64,000 nucleotides of DNA, from contig OZ024742.1 in NCBI GenBank assembly GCA_964016885.1, positions 319,920,001 through 319,984,000 on the forward strand, written 5' to 3'. Of the stretch, positions 24,442 through 38,146 are shown piece after piece; position 1 is the stretch's first letter; every line of letters begins with the position of its first letter. The translations under genes were made by a program, and so were the position numbers. The notes below the pieces were generated by a model, which saw nothing but the letters and a program-made list of their open reading frames with translations, made no database searches and had not been told where the DNA came from. This DNA comes from Eledone cirrhosa (lineage: Eukaryota).

Positions 24442-26457
24442 TAGCTGATGTACCTAGTTTCGCTTGGATAAACAGACGATAAGCCATCTCAGTATCACTG
24501 TTGAAAACATGTAGTATAGTATTACTGTTGAAAATATATGGTATAGTATAGTATCACTGTTGTAAATATATAGTACAGTATTACTGTTGAAAATATATAG
24601 TATAGTATCACTGTTGAAAATATATAGTATAGTATAGTATTACTGTTGTAAATATATAGTACAATATTACTGTTGAAAATATATAGTATAGTATAGTATT
24701 ACTGTTGTAAATATATAGTACAATATTACTGTTGAAAATATATAGTATAGTATTACTGTTGAAAATATATATAGTATAGTATTACCGTTGAAAATATATA
24801 GTATAGTATAGTATTACTGCTGAAAATATATAGTATAGTATTACTGTTGAAAATATATAGTATAGTATTACTGTTGAAAATATTTATAGTATAGTATTAC
24901 CGTTGAAAATATATAGTATAGTATAGTATTACTGCTGAAAATATATAGTATAGTATTACTGTTGAAAATATATAGTATAGTATTACTGCTGAAAATATAT
25001 AGTACAGTACTACTGTTGAAAATATATAGTACAGTATTACTGTTGAAAATATATAGTACAGTATTACTGTTGAAAATATATAGTATAGTATTACTGTTGA
25101 AAATATATAGTATAGTATAGTATGACTGTTGAAAATATGTACACGAATATATAATTATATATATATATAATTAATTAAAAGTTGGTTAGAAGGGAAGTCA
25201 ATGCAGACAGGCGGCTAGACAGAGAGATATTATAAGGGCGCAACATTATAGCTATGTATCTATCTAAAAAGAACGTTGTATTATATATATTATATATAAT
25301 AAAGTACCAGTAATGTACTGAAATAATTGCTGGCCTTGTGCCAAAAGTAGAAACAATTATACTTCTTTTTTATACAACTGTAAATAACATGTTTATGTAT
25401 GTATATATACGTATAAAGGAATGCTGTAATAAAATGTACAAATTAAACAGTCTCTTATTTATGATACTAACACTATATATATATATGAATAAAAATAGAC
25501 CGAGAAACAAGAATGTCCTTCATCAGTAGCCTGCTGATTATCGTTGGTATTTCTTCGCATTAAAGACTAGATACCTAAAATCAGTGTGAGCGATAACTAA
25601 ATTAAGTTATCGGGACAGAGGAAAGGAAACAAACAACATGATAGTAATGCAGCGTAAAGAGAAGAAAAGAGAGACAAGTCAATGAATCTTGTGGCCTTAA
25701 GTCCGACAAATCAAATGACGGGAAGAAACAGACGCGTCCGAGCCACAAGAAAAGTGAGAGGAAAGAAATTCACGCGGGTCAGACGGGAGGAAGTGAGAGA
25801 GGAGGAGTAGCAGAGAGTGAGTGAGTGAAAGTGTGAGGAAGAGGCCAGCCAAGAGTGAGTGACCAGCAGCGGGAGTGGAGGAAAGCAAGAGCTGAAGGAG
25901 AGAGCAAGAGGATAGTAGTAAGGTGACAGAAAAAATACGAACCCACAGTGAAGGGAAAAAATATATGTGAATGAAAAATGGCGTGCTTTGTTGTTGCGAA
26001 TATGAACATATGAATAAAAATAGACCGAGAAACAAGAATGTCCTTCATCAGTAGCCTGCTGATTATCGTTGGTATTATACACTATATATATATACACACA
26101 CACAGATAGCGAAGCCAATGTACAGAATGGTTTTCGTAATGCAGACAGCCAAACATACAGACAGATATTATAAGGGCGCGACATTATAGCTATGTATCTA
26201 TCTAAAAAGACGGACTAAGAAAGAGAGAGGAATGTCGTATAACCGGAAGTGTTGACATCTGAAAATTTTAAAGAAGTGAATATTTAAATAATCAATAAAA
26301 TATCTTTAATCTTTTAACTAAATTTAGAAGACAAAAATACCCTCACTTTCTTACTTGGAAAAAGTTACATCTATGGTGCAAATTTGCTGCTGTTTGGTCC
26401 AGCCGTTTGGCGAAAAGTTTGTTACATACATCCGACCGTCAGCTTTATAATATAGAT
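24442..26457 (-). mobile_element. Non-autonomous Helitron-like element containing a minisatellite
   Basis: Minus-strand 5' TCTATATTATAAAG and a 3' hairpin plus CTAG-like end. It shares a ~70-bp block with 27830-27905 in the opposite orientation. Confidence 0.5.
24490..25140. repeat. AT-rich minisatellite, ~26-31-bp unit TATTACTGTTGAAAATA(TATAG)n
   Basis: More than 20 tandem units read directly; length varies with TATAG copy number. Confidence 0.93.
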
Positions 26458-26520
26458 ACATGGAAGGAAATTGGGGAGGAGCAACAATTAGTTGGCAATA
26501 ATTACAGTGATGAATTTGAA

Positions 26521-26558
<38 letters not shown>

Positions 26559-27607
26559 AAAGTGGAAGAATATAATCAATTCTCGAAGGAGAGTAGAGAT
26601 AGATGTATAAATTTAAATGCCAGCTGTAGGAAGTAGCAGACTGCTCGATAATTATTTCATGCATTGTAAGTGAACAAACATTTTTAATGAATGTTAATTT
26701 TGAATCTAAGCTATAATAAAGGAAGGTCTGCGGGACTGTATACGGTTTATTTTTTTTTTACCCCGTTAGTAAAATAAATTGGATTACTTTGAATAAATAA
26801 TGAATGAATATTACATAATTTATTTACTAAATTTCGTAAACAAAAATAATTTCGTAAAAATAAATAATTTAAAATTGACTTCTTTTCAAAGTTGCACTTC
26901 CGCTATATCGTCGCCACCACGAGATGTCAACACTTCCGGTGGCGATCGCTTAAATAAACATACTAATTTTCTGTCACTAATTTTCTCCTAATGCAGTTTA
27001 TATATAATATCGTCTTTTTTTAATGTATCATGGATTACGTTTCTGATTACATAAGACAGTGTAATGTAGTCTTCGTTCAATTTCTGTGTATATTGTCAAT
27101 TACGATTTTATTTGATGTATCATATCTACATGTATATATACCTGCGTATAATATCAATATACACACTACACATGCTAGCAGAAAACCACCCGAAGGATGG
27201 TTTTTCTGCTAGTATATATAATATATACATACTTCTCCCAATTCACTGAAGACTTCTAAACTATTAGGTGGTTTAGTTATATAATTTTTTTTACTATGAC
27301 AAAACATATCAGACTCTACACACTTTTAAATTAGGGTAATTTGGGCACTTTAATGTTTTTGTAACATTTTGCATATTTTATAGTACAAAAACAAATAGAT
27401 GTAAGAAACATACTGCAGTCTAAAAAAACACACTAGCTGTGATATTAAAATATAGGTTTAATTGTTGGGTGGTCATATGATATTCAGATCTTACTATTGT
27501 ATGTTGTACCACTGAGGAAGTTACAGTGGTCATATGATATTAAAATCTTACTAATGTGTATAGTACCGCTGAGGAAATAAACACATCTTACTTCTATTTC
27601 CGATATA

Positions 27608-30334
27608 TCTATACATATATATAAAACTGAAATTGTCTCTGTGCGTGTGTGTGTCCTAATTTTTGCAAAGTCTATACAAATCCACATTTCTACTCCAATT
27701 GACTTCAAATTTGTATTTATATATTCATTGCGGTCTAAAGATATTAACTGCAGCTTTTATTTTTCAATTTTCTGTTGTTAAAGGCGTGTTAAGCACCGGT
27801 TATCGATCTCTCTCTCTCTTTTTTAGTCTGTCTTTTTAGATAGATACATAGTTATAATGTCGCGCCCTTATAATATACGTCTGTATGTCTGGCTGTCTGC
27901 ATTACGACATTATGAAAACATTGTTCTCATTGCTGACGTATTATTTTCACTATTTTCTGTTTATTGCCAGGGAACGTCTTCACGAACCAAAGTATCGTCT
28001 TCCTGTTTTCCTTCGGTTGCAACGTTTTTTTAAATATTTACTTCTGCGTTCGCAGATTGATTTTTTTTAGTTTCAAAAGATCCTGTTAAGCATGAAAGCA
28101 GCGGTTCTTTGCTTAAACTTTAATCTGTTACTTTAATATATACAGGGTGCGGACGATATTTGTTCGCAAGATTACTGTCTAGGAAAAAGTAACACAGTAG
28201 TTTTATTTTTTAAGATATATTTATCAAACTTGGGTCAGTTTGTCTTCATGACTTGTTCTTTCGATCTTACTCGATAAACCCGCCATTGGCTTTGATGACG
28301 GCCTCAAGGCGGCCTCGGAACCAGCTACAGGCCTTAGTCACTGTCTCCCGACTTAGGTTCCTAAAGACACTTGTGATCTTGGCCTTCAGATCGCCTTTCG
28401 TATTGCAGCTAGATCTGTTGGTGTCTCGTTCCACTGCGCCCCACACAAAGAAGTTGAGGGGGTTGCAGTCAGGCGAGCTGGGAGGCCAGATGTCAGGTGA
28501 AGTGTGGTCGACGAACTTCTCTGATAGCCAGGCTTGATTCTTTCGGCTGGTATGGCAGGGTGCTGAGTCTTGCTGCCACATGTACGGCCTACCTCAGGGC
28601 TTTACTACCTCGCTCAGAACGCTGATGTAGCCATCGGTGTTCAGCTTGAGGCCCTCAGGGAAGAAGTGAGGTGGCATGACGTCACCTTGACTGCTGACGA
28701 CACCTAAGACCAATGTTGTCACTGGAAACTTTGTCTGCATGACTCTGGGCATGTCTATGGATGAGACAGCGAGCCACCTGTTGTTCTGGGAGTTGATCTT
28801 CTGGTCTTGGCAGAAGTTTTTCTCGTCGGAGAAAAACCACAGCATGTCTGGCTCCAGTGGGTGTTTCAACTTGTTGATCAGCTTCTTTGCGTGCTTCAGT
28901 CGCTTTTCTTGCATCGCCTTTGACAGAAATTGTCCTTTCCTCATCTTGTATGAAACGTAGCGAATGTCTTCATGTACCACCAGCCTAATGAGCTTTTCAT
29001 CCACGCCTTTCTCCCTTGCAATGGCACGCATCGACTTGCTAGGTTCATTGTTGATGATATCCTGAACTTCAGCGACGAACTCGGGCGTTCTGAAGGTGTC
29101 AGATCGTCGATCATGCGTTTTCCTCTCTGATGTTACTTCGTAGTCGAATCCTGAATCTTCCAATTCCTTTCTGACCTTTTCCACCATTCTCCTGCTGCCG
29201 CTGAGAAAGTCTGAAATTTCCTTATTTGTCCTCCCGGCGCGGATTCCAAGAAGAACTCTGTGTCTCTTCCACAAATTTGGAGGTTCAAAATTATTCATAA
29301 TCAATTATTCTGAAAATAAATAATGGAAATATAGTCACTGTTTTTATGAAGACAAGAGTGACAACGGAAGTAAAAAAAATTTGCATAAAATTAGCAGTTG
29401 AAAATTGCAAACAAATATCGTCCACACCCTGTATATATAATTATATATTCGTGTACAGATATTTTTGCATATACAAAAACAAAATATAAACAAATGTATT
29501 TATTTCACGAAAGCACAGACGGCTTATCGTCATTGTTACTGCCGATATGCCACCCAAAAAGTCCCACTACTTTTGGCACAAGGCCAGCAATTACATAGTC
29601 AACGGTTCGGAAATCAAATGCATCACTGACGAGTTTACTCCCTTACTCTACCAGTTAGTCTTAGTGTACTTCCTCCTGCTTTTAGGTTATGCCTCGAAGG
29701 AAGAGATACTCCATTGGCCGAAATACTGCGAAAGCGGCCAGAAAAAGAACAAGGCGGGCAAACGAATCGTCAGTGGAATCTGCTATTTGACGGTCGCAAG
29801 ATGCTGAACGTACTGCCACAAGAAGATCACTTGAAACAGACAACCAATGAACCATTCGCCGAACCGCGTCAGCTTTGCAATGTCTATCAACAAATCCCAG
29901 GGAAGACCCTGGCTGTTGCTGGTCTTCTTTTGGAAGAGTCATGTTTTTCACACGGGCAACTATACGTTGGCTGCTCAAGAGTGGGAAGCAAGAAAAATCT
30001 CTTTGCATAAGCCTGACACAGAAGAACAAGGAACATTGTGTACAAGGAGGTGCTACAATCATTGTTTAGGTAGACGAGGCAGAAAGGGATATACACGATT
30101 GGCTGAAGAAGGACGAGACTGTGTTAGTAGTACGACCAACGCCTGCTATCACACCAACAGCAGCAAAAACAACAACAACAAAAATCTTAATGGAAAATTA
30201 TTTGCCTAAGCACAAAATGTAGACACCATCCCCAGGCCGAGGTATTCCGTACTTCTTTGTACTGTTTCAGAAAGGAGGGATAAACATGCCAATCTATGTT
30301 TAGAAGCCTGAGCAATGCCGGGCCATTTTGCTAA
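27608..30334 (+). mobile_element. Deleted Helitron with Pif1-helicase remnant, interrupted by a mariner
   Basis: 5' TCTATACATATATATAAAA. The ~29870-30060 remnant reads FAMSINKSQG / CFSHGQLYVGCSRV / NIVYKEVL. The 3' end is the hairpin GCCTGAGCAATGCCGGGC plus CTAA. Confidence 0.65.
28143..29431 (-). mobile_element. Full-length Tc1/mariner maT-type transposon, frameshifted transposase (29304..28267)
   Basis: ~27-bp TIRs CAGGGTG(C/T)GGACGATATTTGTT, TA TSD, and FSDEK / QQDSAP / SPDCNPLN with 37-residue spacing. A small deletion near 28595 breaks the frame. Confidence 0.95.
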
Positions 30335-31139
30335 TAAATATATAAAGATTAAAAAGCACTAAAGAGTCAATAACTAACACATGTTTCAGCTGACAGAGCT
30401 TCATCTTGAGGCTGTGAAATTACAAAATCAGAAATAATAAAAAAAAAATTATTATCCGAATTTCCTTATGGTTTTATACTGTATGAATGCTTACACAATA
30501 AAGCAACTTCATCTGATGATGCTATCTCACTTTTGATATTGTTAAAGCACATCGGAAAAACCTTTAGTGAAACATATAGGTCTCCCAGTGAAGTATATTA
30601 TTTGACAACTTTTGATTCCCTATTTGAAATTCTTTCAGTATATATTGTTGTTGTTGCCATCTCTATAATTGATATATATGTAAGTTGAAAATATGTGAAA
30701 ATAAACTCTGATGATGCTGATTTTGAGCCCGTTCCCGATGGTCTCAGTAAAACCATAAGGAAATTCGGATAATAATTTTTGGAAAAAAAAATTTTTTTTT
30801 TTTCTAAAGAATTTTTAAATTTCTGATTTTGTATCTTCACATCCTTGGAATGAAGTTCTGTCGGCTGCAACTTGTGTTAGACTCTTTGGTGCTTTTTATT
30901 CTTTATATTTCTGAGGCTGATTGGCATTAGGAAGGGCATCCATATCGTCTGTTTTTCCACACTTGCATAAGTTAGACAGGTTATCATATTATGAGCCAAG
31001 TCAGGTCTGGAGACCAAGTTTTGCTCATATGGATCTATATTTTGGCTTAGTTTATACAGCTGGATGCCCTTCCTAATGCCATGTAACAATGTGGATGACA
31101 ACAATAATAGATATCTGTTAAAATACCTTGCAGTGTATG

Positions 31140-31712
31140 GTTACATTCTGAGTTCATATTATGCGAGGTTCAACTTAGCATTTCATCCTTCTATAGATGA
31201 TAAAATTTGTCCCAGTAACTTATGGAAGATGGTTCAATCAGCCAGACCTTTTTATTTAGATTGGGAGAATGTTTAGATAACAGATAAAATGTCTAGTGGT
31301 ATTGTTCTGTCTTTTTAAGTTGTTAGTTCAAATCCTCTCAAAGCCAACTTTACCTTTCATCTTTCCAGAGTCAATAAAATGATGCATCACTGGTTTTAAT
31401 TGACTGTTCACTCCCTCTCCCAAATTCTTGACCTTGTGCCTCGCAAGAAATTATTATTATAATTGAAGTGGTGGATTGCCAGTATCGGTAGAGGGTCGGA
31501 CGCCATGCTTTGAAGCATAGAGTTACTTCCCTTTATGATCTGAGTTCAAATCTCACCGAGGTTAACTTTGCCTTTCATCCTTACGAGGTCGATAAAATAA
31601 AGTACCAGTAATGTACTGGAATAATTGTTGGCCTTGTGTCAAAAGTAGAAACAATTATTATAATTGAAGTGGATTAGCAGTATCGGTAGAGCATCAGGCA
31701 ATATACTTTGTG
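31140..31712 (+). mobile_element. Tandem cluster of tRNA-derived SINE copies
   Basis: Repeated GAGTTCAAATC B-box, GCCTTTCATCC...GGTCGATAAA core and GGCCTTGTGCCAAAAGTAGAAACAATT tail. Confidence 0.8.
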
Positions 31713-31715
31713 GTA

Positions 31716-34443
31716 TATAGGTGCAGTCGGAAAATGTAGTCGATATCTATCGGCCAGGTCAAATCGGTCGATTAACTGTTTGAGGATGTTACACCCCCCT
31801 TTATCGGGACATGCTCCCACATAGTCCCAACGTGCATCTAGGATTCCATTCCAGTCCCCCACTAAAAGCAAGGAGCGGGACGTTCCCAGAAAAGTCTCTA
31901 GACGTTTGAAGAAGTCTGGCCGCGGTGTCCCGGATGGGGCATATGCGGCCACCAGCCTGAAGGCTCCACCTTCACTACCGTCAACGTCTAGGACCACCAG
32001 TCGACCCTCCGGGTCCAGATGTACCGTCTGTGTTACGAGGCCCAGGTGTTTCCGCAGCAAAACGGCAACTCCGCCTCCACCCCCCGGTTGACAGAGAGAT
32101 GCGTAGATCTCAAAGGCATCGAAGATTGGGGCCAGCTGTCGCTCGCCGTGGATCCTGGACTCGCAAATGGCTACCACATCCATACTGTGCGACCTGAGGT
32201 CGTTTAAGAGTTTGCCCTGTTTCCAGGGTATCCCCAGGCCGCGTACGTTCACACATCCAACTCTTATATTGGCCATGTTGGTGCTGAAAAGTTAAAAGAG
32301 GAAAAGAGATCACTCACCCTTCGCCTCCTTGGGACCAGGCCGCACGATTTCCATAGGGGTGTTGGAGGGGTTGTCTGGATGGGTGGTGGTTTCCGGCGGG
32401 GTGGGGACGCAGATCTTTGGTGAGGTGGGGTCTGGTGGGATGGGGGTGTCTGGGGTGGGGAGACATTTGAGAAGGACGCGGTTGAGTGGTTTCACGCAGG
32501 AATTCCCCACATCCTTCTCAAATGTTTCTTTTATGGACCTATAAGTTTGTATAGGGACCCTAATCAGTTTTAGGTTCAGTTTTTTGCTATTTTTAATAGA
32601 GTGGGCGAAAGTTTTCTCTTCGGTTTTCACCGAAGGGTCGTTCGTGATGGTCTCCATTAGTGTTTTGTTTTCAGTGTTTATGTAAGTGTAAGTGTAATTT
32701 TCTTGTGTTGTGTTTGTTTTTGTCTGTTATTCTTGTGTGTGCTTTCGTTTTGTTGTAGGTATTTTGTTTTCAGGAGGTGTGGATTTTGTTTGTGATGTTT
32801 TTGTTGTTTGTGTTGGTGGTTGTATGTTTGTGGTAGTGTTTGCTGGTTTTTTGCTTTTGTGATGTCTTTTCTTTCTTTTCGAGCGATGGGGTTCTCCCTC
32901 GTCTTCACTGGGTGATGGCGAGATAGCCTCATCTGTTGTATCGTCTGTGTGATTGGGGAGGGTATGTCTTGGGGAGCTGTTGTATCTGTATGTGATTTTG
33001 CAGTGGTTTTAGGTGGAGTGGGGTTGGGTGGGACTGTGTTTGTTGTGGTTATTTTTGTGTGTTGGTGTTGTTGTTGTGGTGGTGGTGTTGGTGGTTGTGT
33101 TGTTTTGATGGGTGTCGGCAGAAGAGCCTTTTTTTGGTTCATTAATTTAGGACAGGAAGCCCTCAGGTGACCCCTGCTAAAGCAATGGTAACATGAAGGC
33201 CGCCTACCCTCAACCGAAAAGTTTATGTAGGTGAGTCCGTCCCGGAGTACACGTTGTGGGATCATAGCTATTCGCTCTGGGCTCATTTGCACCAGAACTT
33301 CAATGCTAGTCCCATTGAATACATCTCTGGGGGACTTTCCTACTGACAGTATTCTGTCTTCATCAAAATTGATGAAGCCGCACAGTATCCACCATATGTT
33401 CACCTTTAGTGTGACACTCGTGATTCTGATCTTTTGTGTTCTTTTTCCCCATGTATGTAGGGAAAAATGTGTACAGGTTGGATACAATTGGCGACACAGA
33501 GTAATTTTGGGCCGTCAATTGATCCTTCATGAGTACCGAAATACTCCCAAAAAGTTTGCTTCTTTGAATGAATGCAATATCATTCATAGAATTTTTGAAA
33601 ACCAGTTCAATTTCTTTCTGTGACAATTGGACTGGTTTTCGGGTAGAATTGGAAACTGTCCTAAAAACTATCGTTTTGAGAGCAGTTTCCTTGCGAATTT
33701 CTACCGGAGAATTGATGCTGAAAGCACCATTTTTTTCGAAACTGACATATCTCTTAGCGTCCTTTAAAAGTTGTTCAGCATTTGTTATGTCGAGATATAT
33801 CAATTCTTACTTTTTTTAAACTTTCTCTGCAAAGGAGATTTTTGGTTTCTTTGTGGAATCCGTATTGGTGGTGTTGTCATTATTGTTGTTATTGTTGTTG
33901 TTATTCTTGTTGTCACCGATGTTGGTATTATCCGTATTTTCCTTGGTGTTGTTGTTGTCTTTGATGCTGGTGTTATTGGTGTTGTCTTTATTTTTTTCTT
34001 TGTTGTTGTTATCATTGTTGCTTTTATCATCATTATTGGTGTTGCTGTTATTTTTGTTGTCATTGAATTGTTTGATGTCATTTGTGTTGTTTGAATATGA
34101 ATTCATTTTTACATTTTCATTTCGTCTTTCCATCTCTATAGTATCTAGTGAAGAAGACGTTGTTGACTGCGAGCTTTGTAGTCTTACCGCCTCTCCACCA
34201 CCATTATCGTTGGACGCAGCGTTCATAACGTAATCAAAATTTTACAATATTTTTTCCAAGATTCGATGGAGAAAAAATTTTCAAATGGATATTCCGCCCC
34301 TGTAGGGGCGAAAATGATTTGACCCACCAACTGAAGGTCCAGACGGGTGGTCAAGTTACACAATGATATAAAATTTAACTAAAAACTCACGTTTTTTTCT
34401 TACATAAATTAACGGAAACTTCTCCGCGAAGTTACATACGTCT
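31716..34443 (-). mobile_element. Tx1-clade LINE copy 5: intact 5' end, frameshifted ORF1 and endonuclease N-terminus; 3' part missing
   Basis: ORF1 pieces 34226..32310 with CYHCFSRGHLRASC; ORF2 starts at 32276 (CVNVRGL, GDWN). The 5' end abuts (GATA)n at 34444-34530. Confidence 0.9.
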
Positions 34444-34450
34444 GATAGAG

Positions 34451-34530
<80 letters not shown>

Positions 34531-34556
34531 GGGCGGGTGAGCGGTCAGATGGCTAG

Positions 34557-35612
34557 ATTTAGCTTTTGTTGATCTAGAAAAGGCCTTTGACAGAGTACCT
34601 CATTCAGCTATCTGGTGGCCCTTAAGAAAATCATGTGAGAAGAGTATCTTGTGAGAGCATGCAAGCTATTTACAGAGGAGCTGTCTGTAAAGTAAGAATA
34701 GGAAGTGAGTTAAGTGAGGAATTTAAGGTGCAGATAGGAGTTCATCAGTGTTCATCAGGGTTCGGTTCTTAGCCCACTGCTGTTCATCATAGTTCTCCAG
34801 GCCATAACAGAGGAATTTAAGACGGACTGTCCATGGGAGCTTCTCTGTGCGGATAATCTGGTCCTTGTAGCTTAATACATAAAAGAACAAGAGAATAGTT
34901 ACGACTATGGAAACAAAATGGCTGAGAGTAAACTTAGCCAAAACTAGGAAAAAAGACATGACCATGATTCCTTTAGGAAGGTGGCCCTGCTCAATATATA
35001 GAAAAGGAGTAGGTATAATCTCTATACGATGTACACAGTGTAAATTTGGGGTACACAAGAGATGTAATGAGATAACAGGTAGACTAACAGGAAGGGAAAA
35101 CTTTGTATGTAGAAGTTACACGGAGTTAACCGACGAGAAGAGCTTCAGTGGTATAAAACTTTTCCAGTCAAAGGAATAACCCATAGAAGTGGTTGATAGC
35201 TTCTGCTATCTAGGTCACCTAATTAGCAAAGGAGGTGGGTGCTACGAGACCGATCATCATCCATGCGCATCATGTGTCTGTACCAACGCAGTCTTCTCTC
35301 CAGCTCACCGCTTCGAATTCCTCTTAAACCCAACTACTCCCTCAGTTTAACCAAGCTCTGCGTTTCCCTCACATTTACATTGCACATCCAATGAAGCATG
35401 ATTGCTTCATTTCTCTCCAGCCTACGCAGGTCCTCTGCAATCACTGCCCATGTTTCACTACCATGCAGCATCGTACTTCGCACACAGGTGTAATACAGCC
35501 GTCCTTTTGTACGTAGGGAGAAACCTTTTGTCAACAGTGGGAGCAGCTCTCTAAACTTCTTCCATCCTATCCTTATTCTAGCTATTATGCTCTTCGAGCA
35601 CCTTCCTCCGCT
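34557..35612. pseudogene. Decayed RTE-like LINE RT fragment: + strand 34557-35250, inverted continuation ~35334-35612
   Basis: FVDLEKAFDRVP, HQGSVLSPLLF, a decayed ADD motif and a Cys-rich insert on +; IARIRIGWKKFRELLPLL...GSETW on the minus strand. Confidence 0.75.
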
Positions 35613-36608
35613 ACTCCTCTTGGCGGATTGTTGCTTTCCTTTTCCTCCTATCATCAGCAAGGTTTTTTTTATATATATTTCTTTTCTTCTGGTTCATTTC
35701 GCCTATATTTCACTGTTGTTTTTCTTCGTCTTTGGAGTCTGTCTTGTCGTTGTTCTTCACTTCCATTCTCCCTATGTAGTAGCTTTGCGATAACTTTATG
35801 AGACTTTCTTCCAAATGAAGGTCTATTCTTTGGTGGCACTTTTGCTTGCAGCTTCCAAAGTCAATATTATTTATCTAAGAATTTTTAATTTTTCTGTTAA
35901 TGATGGATGTAGGTCGAGTCAAATTTTTGTGGGATGAGGACTCACTGCATTAACTTTCAGTTAACTTTCGTAAACAACAACAAAAGACTAACGGGAAATG
36001 AATATGTCAAAGAATATTACAGGTTTCACAAATATTATTTTTAGTAGTGTTTCCATAAATCAAAATGCGTGTTGCTCACTTTCTTCACTTTGTTTGTCTT
36101 TATTTCTTTCTCTTTTTCTCTTTTCGTTCATTCAATAACGTACTTGTTTAATTCCATCTTTTGCTTTCGGAGCTATATACGAAGCTATATATGAAGGCAT
36201 ATATAAACACACACGAGAAAGATATGTGTTCACACAAGCTAAATATGAAGTAGATATGACCACACGGAAGAGATATACAGAATGTATGACGTTCTGCAGC
36301 CGATAGAGGAGAGGACGGCTAATATGTTGAATGAACACGGGAGAGAGTGGGGGACGCTTGAATGCATTGATTGGCTGTTTGAACGCGTATCGCTCACTTT
36401 CTTCACTTTTTTATCTGTTTCTTTCTCTCCGTGACATTCAACGTTATTTTTCCAAATTCAGTCAAACAAACATATAAAAAGAATTAATGTAGATCCAAGT
36501 TTGAGGAAAACTTATTTCTGAGTTTAAGCAATTCACATGTCAAGTTAGAATATGATTGGTCCACTGGTTTTAGGTGCATTGGAGACAAACAGACAAAGAA
36601 ACGAACAA

Positions 36609-36644
<36 letters not shown>

Positions 36645-36675
36645 AGAACAAAAGATGGTTAAAAGAGTTCCATGT

Positions 36676-36744
36676 ATTTTATTATGCGCATTTCAAAAAC
36701 AAATATCATCATGCAATAATATTTGTGTTTTCATCAGATAAAAC
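36676..36744 (-). ncRNA. Minimal type I hammerhead ribozyme with long stem II and palindromic stem III
   Basis: Minus strand reads gttttat-CTGATGA-16-bp stem-GAAA-tgcgca-TA-ataaaat. Confidence 0.85.
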
Positions 36745-37104
36745 AGGAAGACATGATATGAAGGTTAAAAAACACTTGTGGATAGTGCAGTTTTAAATCA
36801 ACATATGAGAAGTAGTTTTAGATTGATGTGTGATATTGGGAAAAATATTTTATTTTGAGGGGGTGGGGTGGAAAGGATGAAAAAGAGGAGGAGATGAGAG
36901 TAAAAAGTGGAGAGGGAGGAGTATAATGAGGAAGGATGAGATAGGAGGAGAGATGGGTGATAGAGAGAGAGAGATAGCTTTTATAACTGAGAAAGATATA
37001 TTGTTTTACATAGAGAGGTTGAAAACCGTTGGAAGATAATGTATAAATTAAAAGAATTTGAAAATTAACGAAGAGAAAAATAATGTAAAGTTAAGGTTTG
37101 TATA

Positions 37105-37275
37105 TTGAGGGGTTTAATAATATGTGCGATGAAAAGAAAATGTTAATATGTATTAAGAATAATATTTAAGGGTTTAATAACATGTGCGATGGAAAGAAAA
37201 AGTTAATATGAATTAAGAATGATATTTAAGGGTTTAATAATATGTGCGATGGAAAGAAAATGTTGATATGTATTA
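37105..37275. repeat. ~60-bp tandem repeat, about 3 copies, inside the Penelope-like 3' region
   Basis: GGGTTTAATAA(T/C)ATGTGCGATG(A/G)AAAGAAAA recurs at a 60-bp period. Confidence 0.85.
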
Positions 37276-38100
37276 TTAAAAAGAACAACAGGTAATTTAA
37301 GTAAGAATATATTGTGAGATGAGCATGAATGAGTTAGATGAAAGGGAGAAAAGAATAATGAATTGAGGATGAATAATCTAACGTCAAAAATATGTTTATG
37401 TTTACGAAAGATTTTTACAAGGTGATATAGAATAAGAATGTATTGTATTATGTAATAATTGATTCTATGTTAGGCAACAGTGAGAAAAGGTACAGATTAG
37501 GGGTTAGACATTAAAAGAAAAAGAGAAGAAAGGGAAGTGATAAATAGGAGCGATATAGAATGAGTAACAAGTATTATAGAATGTATAATAACCTTTGAAA
37601 TAAGGTAGAAAGATGGGTATATTTTTAAAGAAGTGTATATATATATATATGTGCCTTTGAGAAAAAGATTCTAAATTGATAAAGATTTGGATATTAGCTG
37701 TATACTTTGTGGAATGTTTTGTGGAATTTATGCAAGCAGATAGAAAACAAGTCAGTGCGTCTATTTATTATAGAATCTAAATTAGATATAATGGTAAATT
37801 TTTCATTTAGAAAGAGATTGCAAATTTTGGATAGAGAACTGTTCAAGTATAAAGACGCAGAAGAAACCTTCTTCCAAAAGATGCTATATTTAATATTTTT
37901 GTCTTTCAAGGACCATATGAGTTCTGAGAGAGCCGTGTTGGTTCTTTTAAGTTTGTATTGAAATGCGCATAATAAAATACATGGAACTCTTTTAACCATC
38001 TTTTGTTGTTATATATTATGTATACTCCAGTCCTACAAACTGTAGAGTGCTTCTTATCCGATATCTGCATTGCTTTATTGTACTACAATAAAACTCACCT

Positions 38101-38146
<46 letters not shown>

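Larger units (their letters stand above)
36637..38016 (-). mobile_element. Penelope-like element remnant: GIY-YIG C-terminus, 3' region and inverted partial terminal repeat
   Basis: TALSELIWSLKDKNI...CNL..NEK..I...INRRTDL..C.H at 37694-37955; ~60-bp inverted repeats at 36637-36696 and 37958-38016; hammerhead at the 3' end. Confidence 0.78.

Noticed and set aside
25480-26075. Duplicated ~70-bp block containing CTGATGA on the minus strand
   Set aside because: There is no downstream GAAA or stems. It is an internal duplication of the Helitron-like element.
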